Part shown: one piece after another, positions 27,128 through 41,400 of the stretch | Layout of the letters: the number at the start of each line of letters is the position of its first letter | Position numbering within the stretch: position 1 is the stretch's first letter | Assembly: GCA_043228905.1 (NCBI GenBank) | Contig: JBHGNT010000001.1 | Location: forward strand, 4,402,001-4,466,000 | Direction: 5' to 3' | Origin: Azolla caroliniana | Taxonomy: Eukaryota; Plantae; Polypodiophyta | DNA length: 64,000 nucleotides | Translations under genes and position numbers: made by a program | Notes under the pieces: model-generated | Told to the model about the DNA's origin: nothing | Seen by the model: the letters and a program-made list of their open reading frames with translations, nothing else | Database searches by the model: none

Positions 27128-30028
27128 TCAAGACCCCAAGAATATTAGTAACCACACAATGATAATCACAATGACACTAGCACCTGCAAAACATTATGAG
27201 CAAAGATAATTAAAATTAATATTAGACCTTAAACCATTTTGACTAGACATTGATTACATAGGGCATAGGGGATTTTCTTATATACAACTTCTGCTAAGAG
27301 AACAACCCTTTTTGCCAATATAAGTTGTTCTTAGTGTTCTTCTACTAAAACATTATAAGATATTGTTCTCTTGTTTATTAATTTGAAATTTCCTTACATA
27401 AGAACATTCTCTTGAATGATATGTATGTATAGGTTGAATCTTTTAGGAGGCCTTCAAATAATAAAACAAAAGTAGCTAGACACATTTTATTATCGTCCTA
27501 AGAATTAGAAACAAATCAAAGTAACACGTAAAAAAGAGGGACTTAAATTGGATAAACACTACATATAATCAAAGGAACCATAAATCTCACCATTCTCATC
27601 CATTAAATTTGACCTTCTTTGGCAAGACATTTCATGCACACCAGTGAACCGCAAGGAAAGGACAAACATGAACTATTTTCTATCCCTCTTTTCTTCATAT
27701 GCTGTGTAATACCTTTTCTACTATAATAACACGAATCAAAAGAAAATGTGGTTATTCGAGCACTCAAAAAAGCATGGTCTCATGGATGGCACAAAACAAT
27801 GAGTTTGTAGGAAAAATTGTTTTTGTTTTCACTTGTGATTAACATATCTCTTAAAACGAAAACTTATGGTGCGCATACAAAAAATATAACCTTAGGTATA
27901 TCTTGAAAAACAAAGTGAATCGAATCTTAGTCATCTCCTCTCCTTTTGTCAAAATTCACAATCCTCTCTTTAAAACGAACCATGTGAGTGCGATTTTAGA
28001 TAAAGATATAAGAGGGTTTTGTAAAGTGACAATGAAAGTGAAAGAATGTGATTGGGAGAGAGAAATATGTAATTTTAGAGAGGAACAACATAAAGGGCTG
28101 TGAATCGTCATTTTATGTCAACTGAGAAGTACATAAAGACTTTTAAGTGTGATAGATTGTTGCTAGATTAGACTAATAAAAGGAATGTTTTTTATCAAAT
28201 TCTAGAGAGATAGACATATTGTACCTTGAGATGAGGGACTAAGCGAGGTTGTGAGTTTGATGAAGACCGAGGAGTGATCATTATGTGTGGCCACAAAATT
28301 GAGGGAGGAAGAGGTGGTTATAAATTGTGATTGTGGATGGAAGATAGGGATGCAAGAAAGGGAGATTTTATGGAAGATGAAGGCAAAGCATGAGCAATTA
28401 TGTAAGCAAATGCTATGGCACTCCGTAATGGTGGCAATATACATGCCCCTCACTCCAACTTTAGTGGCAAAGTAAGTTGTTGTATTCTTTAACTCAACAA
28501 AAAAGTGACCTAAACTCGATGTCGTTGCACACCAATTCTCTAAAACCACACCTATATTCGGAGACATTTCACACTCTCCTTCCCTTTCCACTAATGGCTC
28601 CATGCATTTGCAAGTCCCACTCTCTCCATGGCATGTGCTATACCTCCTACATGTGTTGGGTAATTCACACACATTTCTTATGGCTTTCCCCTTCAATTTC
28701 CACCCAACTCCTCTTGTCCACTCATATGTCTCCACGTTCCCCACTTTTGTTATCTCAATTCTCCATAGACTCGATTTATCTCTAGAAATATTTTGAACTT
28801 CACTAACTTCTTTTATCCCCCTTCTAAATCTTCTATGTCCACCAACATCAATCTCACTCTTCCCTTCTAGTCTAAACTCATTATTGAACACACCTTCATT
28901 CAATTCACCCACTTGTCCTTTAGTTTCATGTGTAACTTGATTGACACTACCCTTGTCGGTCCCTTGACTAACCATACCTCTTGCATGGCTATGTACAATG
29001 ACAATGCCACTACCTCGGACAGATGTTTCAATGTTACTTTTGAGATTTCCATTGTCATCATGATTAATTATGGTCGCCATCTTTCCATTGTTGTCAAAAC
29101 TAGTTGTAGTATCAAGATTTACAAATATTCCTTTTGTCTCCTTAGCTTTGACCCTCTCCTTAACACCCTTGTCAATAACACCAAATTTAACAAGAAGTTT
29201 TCTTCCTCTATCACTATCCATCCCATCTGAATTCCTAGCATTGTAAGTTACAAGTGGATTACTATTAGAATCAAATAATTGCAAGCTTCCCACATTATCA
29301 AGGCTAGCATATGCAACAATAACATTTGTTGTAGAGTTGGGCAAGAGTTCCCAGTAGGGCATTGGATCTTGAATGCCAGGATCTATGGCATATAAGACAA
29401 CGCGATTCGGCTCGATTACTAGAGAAAAGTTCAAGAGGCCTTGCAAGATACTTATACTCATCCCTTGTTCCAAAACTTGTCCAGTTAAAATTACCGAACT
29501 AGGGTGGTTGAAGGATTCCCAAATGGGCACTTTTCTAGCATTATAAAGAACAAAGTTACCATTTTCATTCAATCTCAAAATTTGCACTCCTTTCCCACTT
29601 GTATTGGTGCTCCAAACAAGTTGCTTCTCTTGATATGGAATATCCTCCTTTGAAGAAATGTTTCGGGATAATAGAACCACAAGGTCACCGATATGGAGGA
29701 AAGTAATTGTAATTTGGTCTCCCATCATCGAACAAGTTGAAAATTCAACATGCCATACTATTGTATGAACATCATTTGTATCATTATGAGCAACAAGAAG
29801 TCGACAACTTGTTATGGCAAGAAAAAACTCGTTGTTGGGAGATGTGACAAGAATATGACCTAGTTCATTTGAAAAATTAGGTTTCAATTTCATGGAATAG
29901 GAGAAATTCCCTGCAAACAAAGTTGTACGATGTTTATTACTACCATTTGTACAAGGCTCCACGAAACCATACAACAAAAGGAAATGCACTACTAAAGCAA
30001 TACAACATGTGATATCATATACACCCAT
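27128..30028 (-). CDS. S-domain (bulb/G-type lectin + EGF-like + PAN/apple) protein without kinase, C-terminal hydrophobic tail, 2 exons, ~619 aa
   Basis: Signal peptide; VWSTNTSGKGVQILRLNENGNFVLY..PIWESFNHPS; CELPNTC..C..C.C; ECHSICLHNCSCFAF. Donor CAAG|gtacaa at 28225 (phase 1) and acceptor tttgcag at 27183 give GASVIVIIIVWLLIFLGS*. The unspliced ORF is 28202-30028. Confidence 0.85.
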
Positions 30029-33000
30029 CTATCTCTCAGTCATTTTCTTCCTTTCAATGAAACATGTTTAGTGAGTATGTTATATAAAGGGCAACCTTTC
30101 TTTCCTTACAAACAAGAATTATGCTTTTATAAATAGATGAATGAAATATCATTGAAGAATATAAATAGAATCTACAATAAAAACACGCCAATAATCTACA
30201 TATAACAAAGGAACATACTTTTCTAGAATGCAATGGAATATACTAATCTTTACAAAGAAGTTACAATCATTCAATAAACTCTTCCCATGAATTTACTCCT
30301 AAAACCTGTCCTTGAGCTTTTCAAAAGATAATTTGAAAACAATTATTGTTACAAAATATAGTAAAGTCTCCAATAAGAGATATTTCATTAAAGGTTAAAA
30401 TTCAATCTAAAATTCAATCTGTTTAGATCTCCTATTCAAGATTGACTCTCTCTCTACCACCAAAGGTATGCCAAAAATTAAATGGACAGACTTGTTGGCA
30501 AGGAGTAGTGCAAGATTTTGTATATGCCTCAACTCCTATGTATATATGTCAAAGAAATACTAATATGCATACATTATTGAGTAATAGCATGGTTAATCAC
30601 TTAATATAGATGTTAACTATTTAATACACTTGAGAAGGAAAGCAATGAAAAAAAAACATTCATACTCAATTGAGGAATACATGGTCACTTTTCAAGAGTT
30701 GCAACAATGAACCCAGACACTTAAAGACTGTTTAATGTTTGAGTCATAAAGTGAGACTAGATTAGATAATTATGGTTATATCTAATTAGAGGTTTTAAAG
30801 AGTTAAGAATGGCGTAAGTTCTAGAGCAAGTTTACTAAATGTTAAGAATAAGATTAAAATACTCACAAATGTGGTGCTTATAACTTTTACAGTGCCCTTT
30901 GGCCTTTCCACAACTTCATTGAAGTTTGCCTCTAGAATTCATCATGGAAATAACCTTTGAAGGAGCCCACATAGCATGAACAAAACAACCACACATAGGC
31001 ATGTACCATACCTTGAGTGCATGCCCATCTTCCACACACATGATCCAACAAAATGAACTTGTGATTGACTTGTTTGGATGGATTTGCCTCAAGAAAGAGC
31101 TCTCACAACCTCTGTAAATGGGGTACTCTAGCAAAGAGTGTGTGATCAAGTCGCACATGCACACGCGCACGCGCACACACACACTTACACTTTAGCAAAG
31201 TACACACAACACGTTGCACTCACTACATGATCTATCAAAGACCTTGTTCGCTCAGATGAGAACATCGAATCACCCTTGGGTCTAGCAAAGATCCAACATT
31301 CCAATAAACAAACCACAATATCTTTTGCATGCTCATACTCGGATAGGTGGGAAACATATAGCTATTAATGCCTCTCCAAATGATTGTTCGTATGACAAAA
31401 AACAAAGACCCAATGACAACATTCATATCAACCTCGACAGAAATAACCAAAGACATCTCACTCTCTTAATTCTTTTAAGAGGCATCTCAGTGTTGCTCAT
31501 GATGCACCATGCCAATATTTTGGAGTCATACAAAGGAGGGGGCCTAGGGCACTTGTACGAGCATCACAACTACATGTGGATAGTCTATTACAAGAAATTT
31601 GGAATCACCCTCAAACAACATCTTCAATTAATGACTATACTTCTCTTACAGCATAAAACCACAATAAGTGGACATGCATTCTTTCTAATAACTGTGAAGT
31701 CCCAAAGTTTCTTCCAATCTCAAATAATCATGGGGTAGTTCACATTAGCATTGTTCACTCATTAACATGCCTTTTCTTACATTGTTTACAACTATCCACA
31801 CTATGAATACCTTCCTAGAGCTTATTTAACTCAATTATCAATGTCTTGGAGTAAACATAATGGTTTTTTACCTTTCATTTCCCCATTAAAAAGGACTAAA
31901 CAATCTTTCTTGATTGGTAACCACACTGGATTATTATAGTTTCCAAATCACAGGCTATGCATAGACCAATTAGTAGACTTTATCCCAAATGAATTAACGT
32001 AATCAAACATTACAAGCCCCTTCAAATAAATTGTGGCAATTGTAGATTGTCTATCTAAGTAGTTAAGTCTCGAAGACTTCATATGATATCATCTATCAAT
32101 TGAGTTTTTCTTTGTGCCATATCCTCAACCTTGCAATTTATTTGCATCAATACACGTGCCTCAACTAAGGAATGAGAGGATAACGATTGAACACTTTATT
32201 TGGCATGTTACAACACCTTTGAGGTAAGGTTCATACCACACATAGGGCATGTTTGGTTTCCTTTTGATGGGTAAGCTCATTCAATCCAGTAATAATACGA
32301 GAATGAGTTGAATTTTGGTCTTTCAACATCAAAATGCTTGTAACTAGTTTAATGGAATAGTCTAATAATATTATATTCCAAGATGTAATGTACCATAGAT
32401 GATTTGGCACCAAGCAATAAGCTTGTAGCATCCTCATGTCTCCGATACTATCGGTTTTATTGTTATCGTGACATTCCTTCCAATGCTCGAGTGTCTTATG
32501 TCCAATTGTCGAGGTTTATGTGATAATTGGCTCTCCTCATTTTCTTATAAAAAATCTAGATTCCACACTAGCCCTTAGAATCATGGCCATCAACCATCAT
32601 GCACCAAAAATATACATCTCCATTGAATGGAATATCTTCTTTTATATATATATAAGAAGATTGAGCATACTCACCAATTTCAATCTAATCATTTGCCAGC
32701 GCTTACAGTGAACACTTGCGTGTCCTCAACCTATTAATTAATTCTAAGATTAGTAACGAAACCTTGTGGTTACATCTTAGAGAGCCATTTGTTAAGGAAC
32801 ACATGGATATCAAATGAAGGCCGATACAAAGTAGTATAAATAGTGTAAATTAATCAATGACCGCTGTACTATTTCAATTCCCTCTTCATCCCTACTCAAT
32901 ACTCACTAATTAATCATTTACAAATTGTATATTATGAAGTGGCAAGATGCAGATCCTCATTGTACCTAAATCAAGCACTAGACCAAATATGTACACTCTC

Positions 33001-33048
33001 AACAATTGTAAGTGCCAATTGTATCCCCCCACATCTTCTACTACCATC

Positions 33049-34455
33049 CTATACATTAATATCTGATGAACCCAATGCCCCACCACCACCATTGACTGAA
33101 TCGTTATCATGGTCGACATTGACATCTCCTTGCTCCAGCTCGGGTTGGAGGTAAATAAACTCTTTGAGCTTTATTAATGGTGAAGTAAGTTGGCTTGTTA
33201 ATGATGCATTAGCTGCATGATCATTGGTACGTATCATACCATGATCACCTATACATTCATCACCACCTTGCATTAGCATTGGGCTTCCATCAATGTAGAT
33301 ACTGTTATTCAGCGGAGTGCACGATGGCATTGGTAATATAGATTTTCCATCCTCCATATTATTAAAATTATATTCATGGTTTACAAGGCTTAGCAAAGGA
33401 ATATTCTGATCCAACAATCCATATTGGTGGTTAATACTGTTACCATGATAACTAGGTGGGTTCTGGTGGTTCAACACAAGCCCATTATCGATTACCGAGC
33501 TGTTGTATAGAGGATTAATATTAGCAGCAAAAGCTTGGACTGAATTGAAGGGGTTAACTTGCGGCGCCTGATTAACGATGGAATTATATTTTCCCAGATT
33601 TGCCTCATCGATCTCATCATTAATGCTAGTACCACGAAGATGATTCCCTCCCAAGAAGCTTGTGAATCTCGGTGGGTTAATGCCATTAGTTTCTAGTGAA
33701 CCCCTTTGAGAATCACGATGATAGTCCATCATCATCATCATCGTCATCATGCCTTCATCATCATATAACAAATTACCAGGACCATTCATATGAGTGTTGA
33801 AATCAGTATCTCCTTCCAACATCTGCACCTCTTGCCGTTGTGGCAGCTGATGATGATAGTGAGCATATGAATCACCCGAATTCATCATCACAAGGTTCTC
33901 TATCTTTTCGTATACCTCCCGGGTTCGTTCCACGATGATGTCGGCTAGTTGTCCGAGCTCATCCACACCATAGCTGTTGAGGCGATCGTCCCAAAGCAAG
34001 TACGCTCGCTCGCTCTCTTTGCTCTCGTTCTCTTCCATCTTAAGCCGCACCTCGCTCTTAAGCTTCTTTATCTGTTGCTCTAGAAGGCTAGTGTTATCTA
34101 GCTTCTTCTTATCTTGCTCTTCTTTGCTCAAGCTCCGATACTTGTTGATGACATGGCCGACCCCGGGTAAACCCCAACTATAAGGGCTCCCATTACTAGT
34201 AGGATTTGTGGTGGTGGTAGTCATAGTAGATGTACTTGTTGGGGTGTTTATGTTAATGTTGTCGGCATCGTTGGAATTGTGGCTAGATTTAATCATGCTT
34301 CCCTGTGGACTAAAGCAAATCATGCAAACCTCCACGCCGCATAAGATCGCCAGCTCCTCCACTTTCTTCTTTAAGCCTTTCTTCCTCTTCGTAAATGTCA
34401 CATGCCTCGATGCATCGCTCTTAATCCATGTTATGGGTATCTTCGCCCTCCCCAT
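33049..34455 (-). CDS. Type I MADS-box transcription factor, intronless CDS, 468 aa
   Basis: [50 protein letters not shown]; single exon, coiled coil, then an N/Q/M-rich tail; no multi-exon MIKC structure. Confidence 0.92.
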   Translation of the reverse strand: MGRAKIPITWIKSDASRHVTFTKRKKGLKKKVEELAILCGVEVCMICFSPQGSMIKSSHNSNDADNININTPTSTSTMTTTTTNPTSNGSPYSWGLPGVGHVINKYRSLSKEEQDKKKLDNTSLLEQQIKKLKSEVRLKMEENESKESERAYLLWDDRLNSYGVDELGQLADIIVERTREVYEKIENLVMMNSGDSYAHYHHQLPQRQEVQMLEGDTDFNTHMNGPGNLLYDDEGMMTMMMMMDYHRDSQRGSLETNGINPPRFTSFLGGNHLRGTSINDEIDEANLGKYNSIVNQAPQVNPFNSVQAFAANINPLYNSSVIDNGLVLNHQNPPSYHGNSINHQYGLLDQNIPLLSLVNHEYNFNNMEDGKSILPMPSCTPLNNSIYIDGSPMLMQGGDECIGDHGMIRTNDHAANASLTSQLTSPLIKLKEFIYLQPELEQGDVNVDHDNDSVNGGGGALGSSDINV

Positions 34456-35548
34456 CTCTGCATCTCAATAATAACACAATTGGCCATGAATATCAAGCAT
34501 TCAAATCAGAGTATTTCGAAAATGTGTAACACATAAAATCTATTGCTTCATCCTTCAATTGGTTACACCAAGGTAAATAATCAACATGATAAGACCCATG
34601 ACCAAATTATCATGTCATTCCCATGATCCATTATCCATGTTCAACTTTGTAAATATTGTGCAGACTTATAATGATAACCATTATTACATACACATTGCTT
34701 CGGAGCTTAGATCATCTGATTGTCAAATACACATAAACAAGCCTTGTTGCTTTTTCTGAATAGCTAATCATGATGGCACCATGAAATTTGAAAAACTACG
34801 AGGATCTGCAATACATAACTAGATCAAAGCTAACATGCAATCAATCATTACAGTAATTAGAGCCTTGCATGCATCAATCAAGGGATAATTATATAACAAG
34901 CAAAACAAACCCAAAACATGCAGTCATCTTCAGAGCTAGATAGATTAAGGAGAGATTTAACGGCATGATTAGTTACGAGAGCCTTACTCTTGACTAGGAG
35001 CACCATGTTTGGAATCAAATTACTCTCTTGTTGTGCGATTCTAGATGAGACTACGAACAATAACAGCAACAAAGAAGAACTAAATCAATGGTTAGATGAG
35101 GAAGAAAGGAAGGTATGGTTGATGTTAAAGCGGAGGAATAACTTTATACGAAGAAATACAGGGGGGGGGGGAAGGATTTAACTAGAAGAGAAGAGTTGGT
35201 GCAAGGTGTCCGAACTCAGGTAAAGCTCGAGTTTCCTAATTGGGAAACTCCCTTCTTCTTCGGTGTTCCGCACGCGATTTTTTCCATCCAGATTGGGTCC
35301 GTTTCACACTGGAGTGCTAGACCCACCGACCGACCCGCCCACCCCCCCCCCCCCCCTATGTCCAAACCCATCAGCTGCTCATCAACACATGGCATTGTCA
35401 CATGCGATTTTGTTATCTTACTGTTGTCCCAATTCCCTACCTACCTAACTCGTCCATCTTATTACACAATTCGATTCAATGCGCGATATATATTTGTCGT
35501 TACAACCCTAAGCATATAGAGAATCGAAAGATCGTTGATTTTGTAGAA

Positions 35549-35648
<100 letters not shown>

Positions 35649-36782
35649 TCATGAAGTGAGTCGTTGAAGAAGTTCTCCATGAGTTGTGTATGTTTAATCT
35701 TTGTTCGTATTCGTGTGCGAACAATACGAGGAATGGCCTCCCAAGCGATACATATTCTCGGCTCCATGACTCGAGTTTCCCATCAATTTATAACAGCATC
35801 GACAATGCCAATGCAAAATCCATGTGAATCATTCATACTTCATGTATAATTAGTATTGGCAAACCAAACATCAGTTCCTCGTTAACTCTACCCCCTTATA
35901 AATAACTATTCCTTAATTGTTGAACTAGATGGAACCATTGTTGTTACAAATGACTGGGCTCCATATTGGTACAAATGTCATGTTTGGTGAGCAACAAATA
36001 ACATGTCATCATACAAAGAAATGCAATGTTTTAACCTTAGCACACATTGGCATGAAATGAAATACTATGAGATCCATACACTTAATGTATCTCTTGCGAT
36101 AATAAGTGTTCATGGAACCATGGTACTTTACGTGTAATGGTGGGAGATCACTTGTGACATTTGTTGCAACATACTCGTTTGGTTACAAAAAAAAGTTAGC
36201 CCTAAGCACAATTGTTGACAAATCACCAATTGCGATAACCTAGACAAACCTTGTGCAACATCGTCTGCCAATGGCTTATTGTTAAGACAAGATATATGTA
36301 CATGCAATGCCTTGTTTTTTAGGAGGCTTGGAGTCTTGGAAATATGCCCTAAAACCTCAACCCATGCTTTGACCACAAATAATCACTAAAATCATAGACC
36401 CTGCCTAATGTTATTGAAGAATCCTACCTTACAATATGCTTAAACTCTTCGATTAAAAACCTTGAAACCTTTGGCCTAAACCCAAACACCAAATGATCCA
36501 ATGCTTGAAGTAGCCAAAAGCTTGCTGATCCCCTTCTATTTCAACCTTATGCTTAAACCCTAATTAAAGCTTCGATGGTATAGACTAGGCGTAAGCCATA
36601 AAACTCTAAAACCCTAGAGAAGGCTTCACATTAGCCAATCCCTAAAACCCTGATAGCCATATAAGTTCCTCTTCATTTCCCCTTCCTGTATTTCTGTTTA
36701 TCTCTCTCTCTCTATTTTTTGTTGTGTGCAGATTTTAGGACTAGCCCACATGCAAAATGCTAGCTAGCATTCTGATGCAGAA

Positions 36783-39700
36783 ATGCAAAGACGGGTTTCT
36801 TCCGCCATCGCCAGGCGCTTATTCATCCTCCCTTCCCTCGCTCCCAAAAACACGATATTCTCATGTTCAAAAGAAAGTCCTAACTCAATTACAAACCTAA
36901 ATCCTAACCCTAACACAATCTCACACTCAAACCCCAACTCTGTCACGGTCTCAATTCGTAACCCAGAACCTGACCCAAACTTCATCACAAACCCTAAGCC
37001 AAACCTAATCCCTAAACCCAAGTTAGACACCAAGGGAGCCGACTCTGTTTCTCAAACCGTAGAGAAGAACATATGGGCAGTGGAGCGTCTTGGCAAAGGG
37101 AAACGAGTCTCGGATCATGACCGTCAGAAAGACCGGATACCAGGGTACATCTATGGCCACGATGATGCAGACGCCCCACACATACTCATTGTGCTGGATA
37201 AGTATCAAATCCATAGCCTTTGGTCAAACCTCGGAGAAGACAACTTTTTGCTCCATGTCTTCAACTTGAATGTCTATGATGGATATGGGTCAAATCGACT
37301 TCTTTATACTCAACCCGTTCTTCCTCGCAGGGTAAGAAAAAAACGCTTCTCCCGCTCTGCCTCTCATAGTCATATTTTTCTGATTTGTAATATAAATTGT
37401 TAGTCATGCGTTAAAATTTGGCTTGTGCTGAGAGAGTTGTTTTGTGGGTTAATCAGTTTTTAATCCAACGATTTATGCATACGAGATCGTACTCAACGAT
37501 TGAGAGACTTATAGACACATTGAGATGCAGGATTTTGCACTACGAATAATTGACACTAGCGATATAGAATTTTATCTTGCATATTTCTATTTGCTGGGGA
37601 ATAAACTGTGGAAGTTGAACAAGTATAAACAATTTCACTACTATCTCATCCTCCAATTTTTGTCTAGGAACAAATGTCATTCAGATTGCACACTTGAGAA
37701 TTATGGCATTCAACCTCTTTGGTTTTAAGTTTTTTTATTCAGTTAACTGATTTCATCTATTTTGTGAATAATGATCATTCAGCCAATCAAGAAAACACTT
37801 CAAGAGATTTTTTGTTTTTGTTTTAATGTGCACATAGTTATAGAGTTTGATAGAGAATTTAATTGCTTTAGGAGGTGTTTGTCAATCAATAATCCCTAGA
37901 AGTATTTGATGGTGATGGAAAGCTTGTCCTATTTGCTGATGAAAGTTTAGTAACATTATGAACTTTGTTGTCTGCCATATTTGGAACTGTGTATACCATA
38001 TTCTCTGCTCTTTACGGGGAGATAAATTTATCTGGAAAAAGGGAAATGAAGTGAAAGATTAATAGCTTTATTCTAATTAGTAAAGGTTTGAAATCATCCT
38101 TCCGTAGAGATTTACAGGTAAAGATGTATACATGGCTATATGGCAAACATTGAACCCAAAATATACAAAACTGATTCCATTTCAGCAAAATTATGGTATT
38201 TGTCCCTTTTGCATTTTGTAGACCATTAATGAGATGTTACTTAAGTATGTAGTTTCTCATATTGTAACATTAATTATCTTTTCTAATTGAACCAGAACTA
38301 ATATTATCATTATTGAATAAAATGGTGAGGTCTTTTTAAATCATTTACATATTTCTGGTAGACCAAAAGGTTTTTGGGAGATCAATCCCTCACTCTCTGT
38401 CTTCTTGTATCATGTTTAATACCCATGTTTTTACTTACTATCATCTGTTTCTGAGGTTGTTACCGTGATGATCAGATTATATAACATTGTTTTGAAGATG
38501 TGTTTGATCAAAAATCAAGACATCAGTCATTCGTTATGACTTCTCATTGATGCTGTAAATTTAGTATTTTTTCTAATGCTATCAGGATTTCACGTGTGAT
38601 ATCTTGTGGATTTTTCATGTTCGGAACAAGCTATAGATTCTATTTTTCATCCAATATGTGTCAGCATTTCCTCATGTTGAATCTAACCTTGCATGTTTAT
38701 TTCATATTTGGAACAAGTTACATATTTATTCTTTATTCAATGTATGCCAGCATTTGCTTGTGTTTGGCTTCAACTTTGTGAAGTGTTTATTTGCAATGAG
38801 CAGATGTGAATCACCTAATGTATGTTGTTCAATTGTTGTAGGTAAATGGCTGAAATCTGTTTATTAACATATATTATCTATTTTGTAGGTAAATTTCAGT
38901 ACACAAGGATTTATATGCAATGTTGGATTTTTAAAAGCTCCTCCGGGTGTGAAACTTCGACTAGATTCTCCTATACGCTACTTCGGTCTAGAAAATTGCA
39001 TAGGGATTAAAAAAGGTCACGCTCTATCTCTGTATTTGTCTCTTTTTGTTACCTTCACTTTTTTTAATTGTCGCAATTATCTATTAGCTGGAGTACATTG
39101 AGTGAGATGAAAGCCTGTGTGAACCATATCTTTTGACAAGTAAAATCCCAAAGAATAGAGGATGTATGCCCTCATCTAAAATCTGTAAGTGTGAAAACAT
39201 AGAAACTCAACTACAAGGGAAGAATCTAGTTATCCAAATACACCACAATTATACTCATCTGAGAAAGATACTGGTATGGGCTCTAAAGAGTGAAATTTGG
39301 ATACAATTTCTGTTCTCAAGTCTCTCATGTTCTTCGTACTAAAATTCCTGGGGTAAACATTGAGAGTTACAGATAATTTAATTTGATCCCTTTCTCTAGT
39401 TCCTTGAGATGGACTTCTTATTTTTCTGATTTCTATAGTTCACTCATTTAGCACACATTCAAACTTTTGTAAGCTTGGATTGATTTTTGTCTCATGAAGT
39501 AGGTATATATACTTAAACATTTCACATTGACTCTTGCTTTATTTTTTGTCAGCAGTTTCAGTTTACATTAAATATTGTGATACCATCTTTTAACTCTTGC
39601 AGGGGGTCAGCTACATCAGCAATTATCATACATAACCTTCTTCTGCCTGCCTAGCGAACTTCCTCCACGTATTGATGTCAATGTCGAGAATTTGGATATA

Positions 39701-39790
39701 GGAGATACAATTTCAGTCGGGGATCTTGGTGTGGAAGCACCTCTTCACGCAAACTTGGATCCATCATCAATAGTTTGTAATGTTGTGTGA
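36783..39790 (+). CDS. Organellar (probably mitochondrial) ribosomal protein bL25/TL5 (Ctc form), 3 exons, 287 aa
   Basis: Exons 36783-37331, 38889-39015, 39603-39790. R/S-rich presequence, RLGKGKRVS..DRQKDRIPGYIYG, VLPR, NVGFLKAPPGVKLRLDSPI..G..GIKKGGQL, ELPPRIDVNVENLDIGDTISVGDL. Confidence 0.9.
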
Positions 39791-39945
39791 TTGCTCAATA
39801 TGTTTTGATTTGGAACACCCTCTAAGAAGCCTGTTCTGTAGAATGTGGGTGATCCATCATCAATAGTCTGTAATGTTGTGTGATTGCTCAATATGTTTTG
39901 ATTTGGAACACCCTATAAGAAGGAAGCCCTTTCTGTAGAATGTCA
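39758..39945. repeat. ~93-bp tandem duplication spanning the bL25 stop codon
   Basis: gatccatcatcaatagt.tgtaatgttgtgtgattgctcaatatgttttgatttggaacaccc at 39758 and 39851. Confidence 0.9.
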
Positions 39946-40279
39946 TTGTTGGATTTACTAACCCCCTAGATTGTTATGAAATCAATATTGTTATGAGTCA
40001 CTGATCATCCCTGTACCTACAACGAGTAAGTTTAGGTATTTCTAGGAAAAATAGGGCATAGAGATGTAATCACAAATAGAAAATTCTTGGTTTCCAAGAA
40101 CGATAATCTACTTTCATTCAAGCAGGAATGCTAAATTCATCATCTTTGTTCTGCCCAATGCCATGAGAAAAATTCAAAGGTGCTTTTTGGTCTCATAGCT
40201 CAAGATAAAGTTAGTGCTACTTGAATGGATATGGTAAATATGTTGTCTTTTAGGTGAAAGGCGCTTTGAAGGGGCTTTT

Positions 40280-40516
40280 TGGTTATATAACTCAAGATGG
40301 AATTATTGCTACTTAAAGAGTTTGAGTGTATATTTGCATTAACTTTTATTCCATACCAGTTTCCTGCAAAATTTTCAAGGATTTAGAAGAGTTTCAATGG
40401 TTATATAACTCAAGATAGAATTATTGCTACTTAAAGAGTTTGAGTGTACAGTTGCATTAACTTTTATTCCATACCAGTTTCCTGCGAAATTTTCAGGGAT
40501 TTAGAAGAGTTTCAAT
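40280..40516. repeat. 118-bp tandem duplication
   Basis: tggttatataactcaagat.gaattattgctacttaaagagtttgagtgta...gatttagaagagtttcaat twice. Confidence 0.9.
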
Positions 40517-41400
40517 ACACATTCTTACAAAACGAGAGAGGTGTGATTGACTCATAGATACTATCATATTAAACTGTGATGTTTTCATTATTGTTGTTTA
40601 AGGTAAAGGTATTTCATACGTGGGTTTTATACTGTTCAGTATTTTCTATTAAGAGTTTTTCTACTGTGTTTTTTCTTTTATAATTGTAGGTAATTTAAAG
40701 TGTAAAATTATGTAGAAGTGATCAAAGTTGCAAGGTTTTCTGAAAGTAGACAAGTTTTGTTGTCCAAATATTCAGTGTAATGTCTTTCTAAAGATGATTT
40801 CCCAGCTTTGAAATGCAGAACAATGCAAAAAAGTCCAATAAATGAACATATAAGAGTGCAAGCCCATTTTCTGTGCAAATTGAATAAAACTGACTCAGCC
40901 TCACACTTGAATTTATTGAGATTGAGAGGAATGTATTATATGTTTAGCTTTCTCTAATAACAAGTTTCCTTCTCCAAAGCTCATATGGTCACTTAATAGG
41001 GCAAAATTAAAATTCAGATAATGTAGGGGATGCTTATTTTTTTCCTTCTTACCACAACTATAAAAGTGAAAGGATGAATGTGGAATGCTGAATTTGACCA
41101 GCCTCATCATATAAATCAAGCAAACACACAGTTTCCATTGAATTGTAATAGGGTTAAACCAACTGTGTTTCAGATCAGAAACTTTGGTAGGAAATGTTGA
41201 TTTTCAACATGACGCATCAATATCAGAACATGGTTATGTGAATGGCGCCTCACATGGGGGATTCTGGAAAATATAATCTGACAGTGAGACATACAAAAGA
41301 TAGAATTGAATTCCTCAAACTAATAACATGCCCTTTAATAAACCCAAATCACTGGATGGTAGACCAAATAAATAATAGATAATTGGATCAAAATTTGGAG

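Noticed and set aside
31325-31738. KGGGLG motif suggesting an old LINE fragment
   Set aside because: Single short motif; the remainder is unrecognisable
35161-35356. G12 and C15 runs that could pair upstream of the MADS gene
   Set aside because: Homopolymers only; the intervening sequence is not self-complementary
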